A stretch of DNA of 31,530 nt from Bacteriovoracaceae bacterium (GTDB lineage Bacteria > Bdellovibrionota > Bacteriovoracia > Bacteriovoracales > Bacteriovoracaceae): NCBI GenBank assembly GCA_041586955.1, contig JBFGZE010000029.1:1-31530 (forward strand), read 5' to 3'. Made by a program: the position numbers and the translations under genes. This document shows positions 24,501 through 31,530 of the stretch, piece after piece. Within the stretch, counting starts at the first letter, position 1, and each line of letters opens with the position of its first letter. The notes beneath the pieces were generated by a model. That model was not told the origin of the DNA. It was given only the letters and a program-made list of their open reading frames with translations, and did not search any database.

Positions 24501-26549
24501 ATGCTTATGAAAGTAGCGAAAAAATTCACATTAAAGAATACAGACAAGGCCACCTTAAGACAGTGGTATTCTCTTTTAACATTAGGCCGGCAGATCGATG
24601 AAAGGGCACCTAATTATTTAAAGCAGGCCATTGGTTGGTCCTATCACGCTCCTTACGCTGGTCATGACGGCATTCAATTGGCCATCGGACAAGCTTTTAC
24701 TCTAGGTGAAGATCATTTATTTCCTTACTATCGCGATATGCTCACTGCTTTGTCCAGTGGCCTAACCGCGGAAGAAATTATTCTTAATGGAATCTCAAAA
24801 GGTACTGATATCGCTAGTGGTGGCCGGCATATGTCCAATCATTTTGCCAAGCCAGAGTGGAATGTTCATAACGTTTCTTCTTGTACTGGGAATCATACTT
24901 TACACGCTGTGGGTGTCGCCCGCGCTATGAAAAAGTATGGCCATAAAGGTGTGGCCATTTCAAGTCAGGGCGAATCTTCAGTTTCAGAAGGTTATTGCTA
25001 TGAGGCGATCAATGGGGCGTCTCGGGAAAAGCTACCAGTCATTTTTGTATTCCAAGATAATGGATACGGTATTTCCGTTCCTAAATGGGTGCAAACGGCC
25101 AATGATCGCGTCTCTGACAACTTCAGTGGTTTTGCTAATTTGCGTATCATTCAATGTGATGGCAAAGATATTTTTGATTCCATGAATGCCATGGCCGAAG
25201 CACGTAAGCATGTTCTCCAAAAAGGAGAACCAGTTATCGTTGACGCTGAATGTGTACGTATTGGAAGTCATTCCAACTCTGACAAACATGAACTTTATAG
25301 AGATGAACAGGAGCGAGAAGAGGCCAAAAGCAAAGACCCTCTTATGCTTTTTAAAAAGCAAATGCTTGATCATAAATTATTAACGAAGAAGGAAATGGAA
25401 GAGCTTGATCAAGAAGCGCGTGCCATTCTACTCGATGCTCATACAAAGTCAGTAAAGGCACCAAATCCAGACCCTGCCTCTATCTTTGATTTTGTTATTC
25501 CAGCTCCCTATGTTTCCACAAAATACCCAGAGGGGACTCATAACAAAGCTGGCGAGCCGATGAAATTTATCGATGCTCTAAACTCCACCTTAAAAGCAGA
25601 GTTTCGCCATAACCCTGATACCTTTATTTGGGGTCAAGATATGGCCAATAAGGAAAAGGGGGGGATTTTTAACGTTTCTAAAGGCATGCAGCAAGAATTT
25701 GGTGAAGAACGTGTCTTCAATGCGCCTATTGCCGAAGATTTTATTATGGGGACGGCCAATGGCTTTTCTCGCTTTAATAAAGATATTCGCGTAGTGGTTG
25801 AAGGTGCTGAGTTTGCTGATTATTTCTGGCCGGCAATGGAGCAATTCATTGAAACAACTCACGAATATTGGCGAACCAATGGTCAATTTTCACCGAATAT
25901 TACCATTCGTTTAGCGAGTGGAGGTTATATTGGTGGCGGCCTTTATCACTCACAAAACCTTGAGGCGTCATTAACGCCAATTCCAGGTATTCGTATTGTT
26001 ACACCGGCCTTTGCTGACGACGCTGCTGGTCTTCTTAGAACCTGTATGCGCTCTGAAGGTCCAACACTTTTTCTTGAGCCCAAAGCTCTTTATAATGCCA
26101 AGCAGGCGATGACCGTGGTACCGGAGGATTTTGAAGTTCCTTTTGGTAAATGCCGTGTCCGTCGTGATGGAAGCGACCTGACCATCTTAACTTATGGTAA
26201 TACAGTTCATCACTGCTTAGAAGCTGCAGAGCTTATTGCAGAGGAAGATGGATCACAAATTGAAGTGGTAGACCTTCGCTCCTTAAGCCCCCTCGATGAA
26301 GAGGGAATTCTTCGTTCTGTGGCCAAAACTAACCGCTGTCTAGTAGTCCATGAGGATAAAGTCTTTGGTGGATTTGGTGGCGAGCTCGTGGCCCTTATTA
26401 ATGAAAAGGCCTTCGAGAAATTAGATGCTCCGGTTCGTCGGGTTGGATCAACATTTACCCCAGTTGGTTTTAATCGTATTCTTGAAAAGGCGATTCTCCC
26501 CAATACGGATAAAGTGGTCTCAGCCGCAAGAGATCTTTTAAGTTATTAA
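24501..26549 (+). CDS. Fused E1 alpha/beta 2-oxoacid dehydrogenase, probably branched-chain (2-oxoisovalerate) type
   Basis: PYYRD, GGRHMSNH, TPP-binding variant GESSVSEG...QDNGYGIS, R..SHS.SD in the alpha part. VFNAPIAE, EFADY, GGGLYHSQ, FLEPK.LY, VDLRSL.PLD, LDAPV.RV in the beta part. Confidence 0.9.
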   Translation: MLMKVAKKFTLKNTDKATLRQWYSLLTLGRQIDERAPNYLKQAIGWSYHAPYAGHDGIQLAIGQAFTLGEDHLFPYYRDMLTALSSGLTAEEIILNGISKGTDIASGGRHMSNHFAKPEWNVHNVSSCTGNHTLHAVGVARAMKKYGHKGVAISSQGESSVSEGYCYEAINGASREKLPVIFVFQDNGYGISVPKWVQTANDRVSDNFSGFANLRIIQCDGKDIFDSMNAMAEARKHVLQKGEPVIVDAECVRIGSHSNSDKHELYRDEQEREEAKSKDPLMLFKKQMLDHKLLTKKEMEELDQEARAILLDAHTKSVKAPNPDPASIFDFVIPAPYVSTKYPEGTHNKAGEPMKFIDALNSTLKAEFRHNPDTFIWGQDMANKEKGGIFNVSKGMQQEFGEERVFNAPIAEDFIMGTANGFSRFNKDIRVVVEGAEFADYFWPAMEQFIETTHEYWRTNGQFSPNITIRLASGGYIGGGLYHSQNLEASLTPIPGIRIVTPAFADDAAGLLRTCMRSEGPTLFLEPKALYNAKQAMTVVPEDFEVPFGKCRVRRDGSDLTILTYGNTVHHCLEAAELIAEEDGSQIEVVDLRSLSPLDEEGILRSVAKTNRCLVVHEDKVFGGFGGELVALINEKAFEKLDAPVRRVGSTFTPVGFNRILEKAILPNTDKVVSAARDLLSY

Positions 26550-26563
26550 ATAAAATTGAATTT

Positions 26564-26592
26564 AAAAAAAGACCACTTTCGTGGTCTTTTTT
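26564..26592. terminator. Bidirectional rho-independent terminator
   Basis: A7-GACCAC-TTTC-GTGGTC-T6 between the convergent E1 and cyclase genes. Confidence 0.9.
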
Positions 26593-26593
26593 A

Positions 26594-28831
26594 TTACTTT
26601 GAGGTCAGAGTATAAACCCCGTCCCATTCTGGAGGTGGTGGCAACTCTTTAAATTGTTTACAACGCTCTAAATATATCTCGGAGGGGTTTGTTTTTTTGC
26701 CCTTGAGTCCCGGAAAGCGTTGGTACTCCAACTCTAGAGTTTCTTCAAAAAGCGCAATGGCCTGATCCCATTGTTGGGATTTGTAGAGGTCTATTGCTTG
26801 TTTAAACTTTATCGATAAATCTTTGAGATATTGTGGGGCTGTTTCTTTGAGCCCTAATAAATCATAGGTCGTCACTGGTATGGATTTCCCGACCACCTTA
26901 ATGGTATCCAACTCTCGGTAGAGGAATTCATCACCGGCAGCTTCCATCGTGTCAGTTGAGATTTGAGTGAAGATACCATATTGCTTGGCGCCTTCTTCTA
27001 AACGAGCGGCGAGGTTCACAGAATCACCCATCATAGTATAATTCATTCTTGAGGCAGAACCCATATTTCCGGTCACGATTTCGCCGGTATTAATACCTAT
27101 TCTCATTCGCATCTCATGAACGATTTGGGGCCATTTATCTCCTTCACTGACCCATTTTTTTCTCAATTCTAATAATGATTCCTGCATACGGTGGGCGACC
27201 ATACAGGCGCGGCGGGCGTGATCTTCCAGTGGCATGGGGGCGCCGAAAAAAGCAATAATCGCATCCCCTTCGTATTTATCAAGTGTTCCATTTTCATCGA
27301 GTAGGATATCGGTCATAGCAGTTAGGTATTCATTGAGAAGTTCAACCAATTGGGTCGCTGATAATTTTTCGGAAAAAGTCGAAAAGCTTTGGATATCGGT
27401 GAAAAAAGCTGTTCGAATCCCGCAATCACCACCAAGCTCAGGGGCGACACCTGTCGAATACATTTCGTCAATAAGTTCAGGGGAAATATAGTTTCCAAAG
27501 GCATTTTTGAGGAAGGCCTTATCTTTATTGGCCAGATAAAAATTGAGAAAGGTGTTCCAGGAATAGCAAGCACCTACAGAAAAGAGGCAGAAAAATAATT
27601 TAATCTCATAACCTTTCGGTAAGAGGTAATAGGTGTCAATAAAGTAGAGGCCAACAGTTATGCCCAGAACAGATATTAAATCCAGAAGTGGATGAGCTAA
27701 AAATTGCACTAAAAGAATAATAATTGTTCCTACGATGAGAATAAGCCAAGAGAATTTGGTAGACTCGTCGAGATTTTTAAAGAATTTACCCTCGAGTAGC
27801 ATATGGGTCATATTCATATGAAAGTAAATTCCGGGCATCATTGAATCGACAGGTGTATGCCGGAGATCGTGGGCACCAAAAGCAGTAGAGCCAATAAAAA
27901 CTGCTCGGCCATCAAAAATTTGTTTCATTTCAGGATCATTATCATCTGCCGCAATAATTTTCCAAATCGGTACGCGCGGAAAGCTATTTTGGTTGCCGAG
28001 CCAGCGAACCTTGGCCTCTCCTCTTTGACTAAGGGTTAAGGTCCCTGTTTTTAATTTTAAAATTGGAGTACCATCACCGCCATATTCGAAGTGTGGCTTG
28101 TCACCTGTAAAATGCTCGTAGCTAGAGAGCGCAAATGAGGGAAAATAAAGGGTATCAACATTGCCTACAACAGGATAATGACGGAAGATCCCATCGTTAT
28201 CGGCGGTCGCCTCAATATGGGCAATGGCGGCTTCAGTCTCAGTTAAAATGGGAAGTGGAAAAACTTTGGTTTCAACAAAGCGGGGGTCGAGGTTATTCTC
28301 ACCCTCAATTTTGGAGTCCATGATAAAATTGTAAAGAGTTTCAGGCATCTCCTTAAAAGTATCTTCGTGCGGGTATTGACTTAAAGAATAGGGAAGGACA
28401 ACTTTATTTCCTGGGACAGATTGGAATCTTTTAATGGCATCGGCCATTTTTTGCTCAGGCGTCACACCACCACAAGAGTTCGATTCTTCACTAAAGAACA
28501 CATCGTAAGCGATAACTTTTGCGCCAAAAGTGTTTAATTTATCCATCATCTTGGCCCAATTGTCTCGAGGTAATGGCCATTTTCCAATTTTCTTTATACT
28601 TTCATCATCTATTTCTGCTAAGACTAAACGTTTATCGACGGCCTTGGGGTCTAGGGTTTTTAACATTCGAATATCATAAAAACGATCTTCAAAAAGGGAA
28701 GTATAAGAAAAAAGTTTACGGTAGGTATGCCCAGGAGGAAATTCACGTAAATTAATAGAAAAGAAAATACTAATCGCAGAAAAGATAAAAATAAGGGTCA
28801 GGCCAAAAACCTTTACGATTCGCTCAATCAT
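26594..28831 (-). CDS. CHASE2-domain class III adenylate/guanylate cyclase
   Basis: N-terminal TM. CHASE2 motifs IDDESI...GKWP.PR, GAKVIAYDVFF, D.DGIFR, VFIG.TA.G..D...TP...MPG. Three TMs, then catalytic FFTDIQSFS, DKYEGDA, RIGINTG, YTMMGDSVNLAARLE, VVGK. C-terminal TPR-like tail ending WDGV. Confidence 0.95.
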   Translation of the reverse strand: MIERIVKVFGLTLIFIFSAISIFFSINLREFPPGHTYRKLFSYTSLFEDRFYDIRMLKTLDPKAVDKRLVLAEIDDESIKKIGKWPLPRDNWAKMMDKLNTFGAKVIAYDVFFSEESNSCGGVTPEQKMADAIKRFQSVPGNKVVLPYSLSQYPHEDTFKEMPETLYNFIMDSKIEGENNLDPRFVETKVFPLPILTETEAAIAHIEATADNDGIFRHYPVVGNVDTLYFPSFALSSYEHFTGDKPHFEYGGDGTPILKLKTGTLTLSQRGEAKVRWLGNQNSFPRVPIWKIIAADDNDPEMKQIFDGRAVFIGSTAFGAHDLRHTPVDSMMPGIYFHMNMTHMLLEGKFFKNLDESTKFSWLILIVGTIIILLVQFLAHPLLDLISVLGITVGLYFIDTYYLLPKGYEIKLFFCLFSVGACYSWNTFLNFYLANKDKAFLKNAFGNYISPELIDEMYSTGVAPELGGDCGIRTAFFTDIQSFSTFSEKLSATQLVELLNEYLTAMTDILLDENGTLDKYEGDAIIAFFGAPMPLEDHARRACMVAHRMQESLLELRKKWVSEGDKWPQIVHEMRMRIGINTGEIVTGNMGSASRMNYTMMGDSVNLAARLEEGAKQYGIFTQISTDTMEAAGDEFLYRELDTIKVVGKSIPVTTYDLLGLKETAPQYLKDLSIKFKQAIDLYKSQQWDQAIALFEETLELEYQRFPGLKGKKTNPSEIYLERCKQFKELPPPPEWDGVYTLTSK

Positions 28832-28866
28832 GAAATATCCATTTGTAAAATAAATCTATGCTTAGC

Positions 28867-28893
28867 TTTTCGGCATTTGGGGGAGAGGATTAA
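28867..28893 (-). promoter_or_regulatory. Putative sigma28 (FliA)-type promoter of the cyclase
   Basis: Minus strand TTAA-N15-GCCGAAAA, 35 nt upstream of ATG 28831. Confidence 0.6.
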
Positions 28894-28961
28894 GGGAATT
28901 ATCCTGATATACTAGAGACACAACTAAATAGCATAGTCTGACATGACCATTTTAGTCAGAT

Positions 28962-30539
28962 TTAGAATGCTAAATTAAGCTTTAAGGCCGTGACATGCTT
29001 GGTATATGCATATGTGTCCTCATCTAAGGAAGTATTCTTGGTGTAATTATAAGAACCTGTTACCTTGAGGTTCTTATTAATCTTTTTCGTTAAGCTGATT
29101 GAGGGGTTAAAAGTTTTCTCCGTTCCTCTCGTTAAGCTTTGCTCTTTGGTGTCGAGTAAAATAACGGACATAGCAAGATTGAGTGAATAGCTCGGCCAAA
29201 TGTTTGAAATAATATAATCGCTTCGAAAAAGATAACTATCAGTGCTCGAAGTTGTGTTATTAAAGACGTCAACATAATCAGCTTGAAAAAAGAAAACGAT
29301 GATATGGCGATTGGGTCGCATAACAATTTGGTCGACAATAAAAGATTTGGAGCGGCTATCACTGTCGATATTGTGGTTATTATAATCTTTCCATTTAAAC
29401 TTAATAGAAGTTGGTCCCCATTTAAACAATTGAAACTTTTCACCTAAAGTGACAGTATGAGAGTAAGAATAAAATTTGCGGTCTTTTTGGGCCAGATGAT
29501 CTTGCTCTGAGTAATCATAACCATAATTAAAAATCAATGAGGCCTTTTGCTTAAAGGCGGTATGCTCAAAAGAGTTATTTAAGCTGGCGCCATGTCCGTA
29601 GCCATCATTTTGATAAACAGTCGTATTATCGCGCTCTCCATGAATGGTATTAGTGAGTGAAAGGCCAGTAGTCATGACCCAGCGATGGAAAAAAGAGGCC
29701 ATATAATTGGCATTAAATCTTGTATTGTGAATAAAGGAGTCGGCCTGGGTTGCTTGAGTTGATGTCTCCTCTGTTGAGAGAGTGATATTGGAATCATAGC
29801 TCATACTTTGGTTGGCCGAAAGAGTCCATCGTTTGGCCGGGAGAACACGGCCATTTTTCATAAAATTGGGGTCTAGATTATAGCGCCTCTCCAATTCGGT
29901 GATCCTATTTTTAATATCTAAGGCGAGAGGAGTGGTGGTATCAGTTCTGAAGGCCTTACGCATTTGTGGCAACACATATTTATCAACCATCTTTGGTACA
30001 TTTTTTCTTTTTTCTGCAAGGCCTAAAAGGCTTTCAGATAATTGGAAGCGGGCCACTTGCCTAAGTTTTTTATCTCTTTTTTCAATTTTTAAAACTTTAA
30101 GATAATAATTTTTAGCTCTTTTATGATCCTCGAGAATTTGGGAGATATGGGCCACATAATAAAGTGACATCGCACTTTTATGGGCCTTTTTATAAGAGCG
30201 AGCAAAACTTTTGCGGGCCTTTTCAAGGTCATTATTGGCGTATTGGGCCTGACCTAATTCGTAGTAAAGGTCTTTGGAGTCGTTTTTAAGGGCCAAGGCC
30301 TTTTCGAAATGACTGATGGATTGATCATATCGCTGTAGTCGGTTAAGGGATAGACCGCTTAGGTATTGGGCGACAGCGCGCTCTTTATCGCTTCCTTTGA
30401 TGGTGCTAAACTCATTATAGGCGTCCTGATAGGATCCCGTTTTAAAGTACTTTAGGCCTGCTGTCATCGATCCTGCGAAGGCCAATGGCGAGAGAGTGAA
30501 AAGAATGGTGGCAATCGTTAGCCATTTTTTACAGGTCAT
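28962..30539 (-). CDS. TPR-repeat outer-membrane beta-barrel protein (Slam/NsrA-like architecture)
   Basis: Signal peptide ending PLAFA and several TPR-like helical repeats (AQYLSGL, LYYELGQAQY, LYYVAHI). YDSNI marks the barrel start, followed by amphipathic beta strands and the C-terminal beta-signal ALKLNLAF. Confidence 0.8.
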   Translation of the reverse strand: MTCKKWLTIATILFTLSPLAFAGSMTAGLKYFKTGSYQDAYNEFSTIKGSDKERAVAQYLSGLSLNRLQRYDQSISHFEKALALKNDSKDLYYELGQAQYANNDLEKARKSFARSYKKAHKSAMSLYYVAHISQILEDHKRAKNYYLKVLKIEKRDKKLRQVARFQLSESLLGLAEKRKNVPKMVDKYVLPQMRKAFRTDTTTPLALDIKNRITELERRYNLDPNFMKNGRVLPAKRWTLSANQSMSYDSNITLSTEETSTQATQADSFIHNTRFNANYMASFFHRWVMTTGLSLTNTIHGERDNTTVYQNDGYGHGASLNNSFEHTAFKQKASLIFNYGYDYSEQDHLAQKDRKFYSYSHTVTLGEKFQLFKWGPTSIKFKWKDYNNHNIDSDSRSKSFIVDQIVMRPNRHIIVFFFQADYVDVFNNTTSSTDSYLFRSDYIISNIWPSYSLNLAMSVILLDTKEQSLTRGTEKTFNPSISLTKKINKNLKVTGSYNYTKNTSLDEDTYAYTKHVTALKLNLAF

Positions 30540-30560
30540 ATCCTTTAACCTTTTTTAATG

Positions 30561-30588
30561 AAAACACCCAAGCCTAGACTTGGGTGTT
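30561..30588 (-). terminator. Stem-loop (terminator or attenuating hairpin) upstream of the TPR-OMP gene
   Basis: AACACCCAAG...CTTGGGTGTT perfect 10-bp stem ending in TTTT on the minus strand. Confidence 0.55.
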
Positions 30589-30671
30589 CTTTGGACGTGT
30601 TCTCTTCATTATATTATGCGGGCAAAGTATTGGATATTAAAGCTAAAATTTTCCTTATCGTTCCAGGTTTT

Positions 30672-31529
30672 TTATTGAATCGTAAAGTTAAAATTGGCCT
30701 TCGTTGTCGTTCCACCACCAGATGCTTGGATATCAGGGTTATTATGGACCGGAGTGGCCGTTACTTCACTGTCCACGAGTTCTTCAGCGTTTGTCGCCGA
30801 TAACTCTTCTTCTACCGAAGTTCCTGACTGTCCTTCGATGCTTTGATACTCATATTCAATAGGAGTGATATTAGTTTCTGCCATTGTTGGCTCTGAACCA
30901 GCTATTGGAGGAGGCGGAGCAGCTCCATCGTCGACAAGGTTGGTCTCTCCGGTCGGAGCATCTGCCGGTTTTTCCTCTATACCATCTTCTTTCAATTGAT
31001 CGTTTGACTCGGTTGAAGAAATCTCACGTGCAACTTCTTCGTCTAGCCTTTTCTCAAAACTACCATCATCTTTTAGCTCATAATAAGCATTATGGTAATC
31101 CCCAGTTGTTGGATCGATAGTTCCGGACTCTGGAGGTGGCATATAGGTTTCCGTAATAGGATCAAAGGCCGAGCCTGGTGGTGGGGGAATGTATTGAGCG
31201 GTCGCAAGATCAATATAACCGCCAGCAGTTGGGGCAATTTCACCCGTTGCTCTATTGATCATCCCTTCTGGTGGGGCATTGCTTTCAGGAGCAAATTGAC
31301 CTTGATCTTGTTTAATCTCAATATCTACTTTTTTTACAGCTGCCATTCCCATCGTTTGGGCCACTTGCTTATCGACCTCTTTCCCTTCATTGGCAAAGGT
31401 TTTGGCCTCAACTCCAGGTGGAACGATACTTCTAAATTTTGGAGCAGGCTTGGCACTCGATTGATCATCGCTCGCTGGTTTTGGTCCACTACCTGGAGAT
31501 TCTGTATTTTTAAGGGTTTCCAATTGAAT
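30672..31529 (-). CDS. 3' part of an acidic, Pro-rich protein running off the window edge (possibly FecR-domain family)
   Basis: The frame is open to the window end. It contains repeated (I/F)DxxTxxY hairpin-like units and poly-Pro runs, and ends in a beta strand (ANFNFTIQ). FecR is inferred only from context. Confidence 0.6.
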   Translation of the reverse strand: MQLETLKNTESPGSGPKPASDDQSSAKPAPKFRSIVPPGVEAKTFANEGKEVDKQVAQTMGMAAVKKVDIEIKQDQGQFAPESNAPPEGMINRATGEIAPTAGGYIDLATAQYIPPPPGSAFDPITETYMPPPESGTIDPTTGDYHNAYYELKDDGSFEKRLDEEVAREISSTESNDQLKEDGIEEKPADAPTGETNLVDDGAAPPPPIAGSEPTMAETNITPIEYEYQSIEGQSGTSVEEELSATNAEELVDSEVTATPVHNNPDIQASGGGTTTKANFNFTIQ

Positions 31530-31530
31530 G

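Noticed and set aside
26594..28831. Cyclic-nucleotide anti-phage system (Pycsar/CBASS)
   Set aside because: It is a membrane-bound CHASE2 sensor cyclase with ATP-type residues and no adjacent cNMP-binding TM/TIR effector.
14546..31120. Numerous 60-113 aa ORFs nested in the PAP2, cerR, bcerS, spt, PilZ, pepN, fbaA, E1, cyclase and TPR genes
   Set aside because: They overlap confidently identified CDSs and have no independent coding signal.

Overview
AT-rich (roughly 40% GC by eye) bacterial chromosomal window, most likely from a predatory Bdellovibrionota of the Bacteriovorax/Halobacteriovorax group. This is inferred from a serine palmitoyltransferase I recall as very close to the Bacteriovorax stolpii enzyme, plus PilZ and CHASE2-cyclase genes, many orphan secreted proteins and sigma28-type promoters. 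The centrepiece is a sphingolipid locus. A coupled spt-bcerS-cerR ceramide operon (15372-18683, minus) sits beside an FA2H/Scs7-like fatty-acid hydroxylase, a non-canonical PAP2 protein and an exported START-like lipid-binding protein. Together these suggest a eukaryote-like ceramide synthesis, modification and trafficking module. The window also holds an ACP-FAAL-PlsC fusion, exported hydrolases, an S9 peptidase, a variant metallophosphoesterase lipoprotein, a cold-shock protein, lysA, pepN, fbaA and a fused branched-chain 2-oxoacid dehydrogenase E1. At the right end is a putative trans-envelope signalling cassette: a truncated Pro-rich protein, a TPR/beta-barrel OMP and a CHASE2 class III cyclase. 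A structured non-coding stretch lies at about 10590-10880. No rRNA, tRNA, CRISPR array or mobile element was recognised. All calls come from reading motifs; no database search was run.
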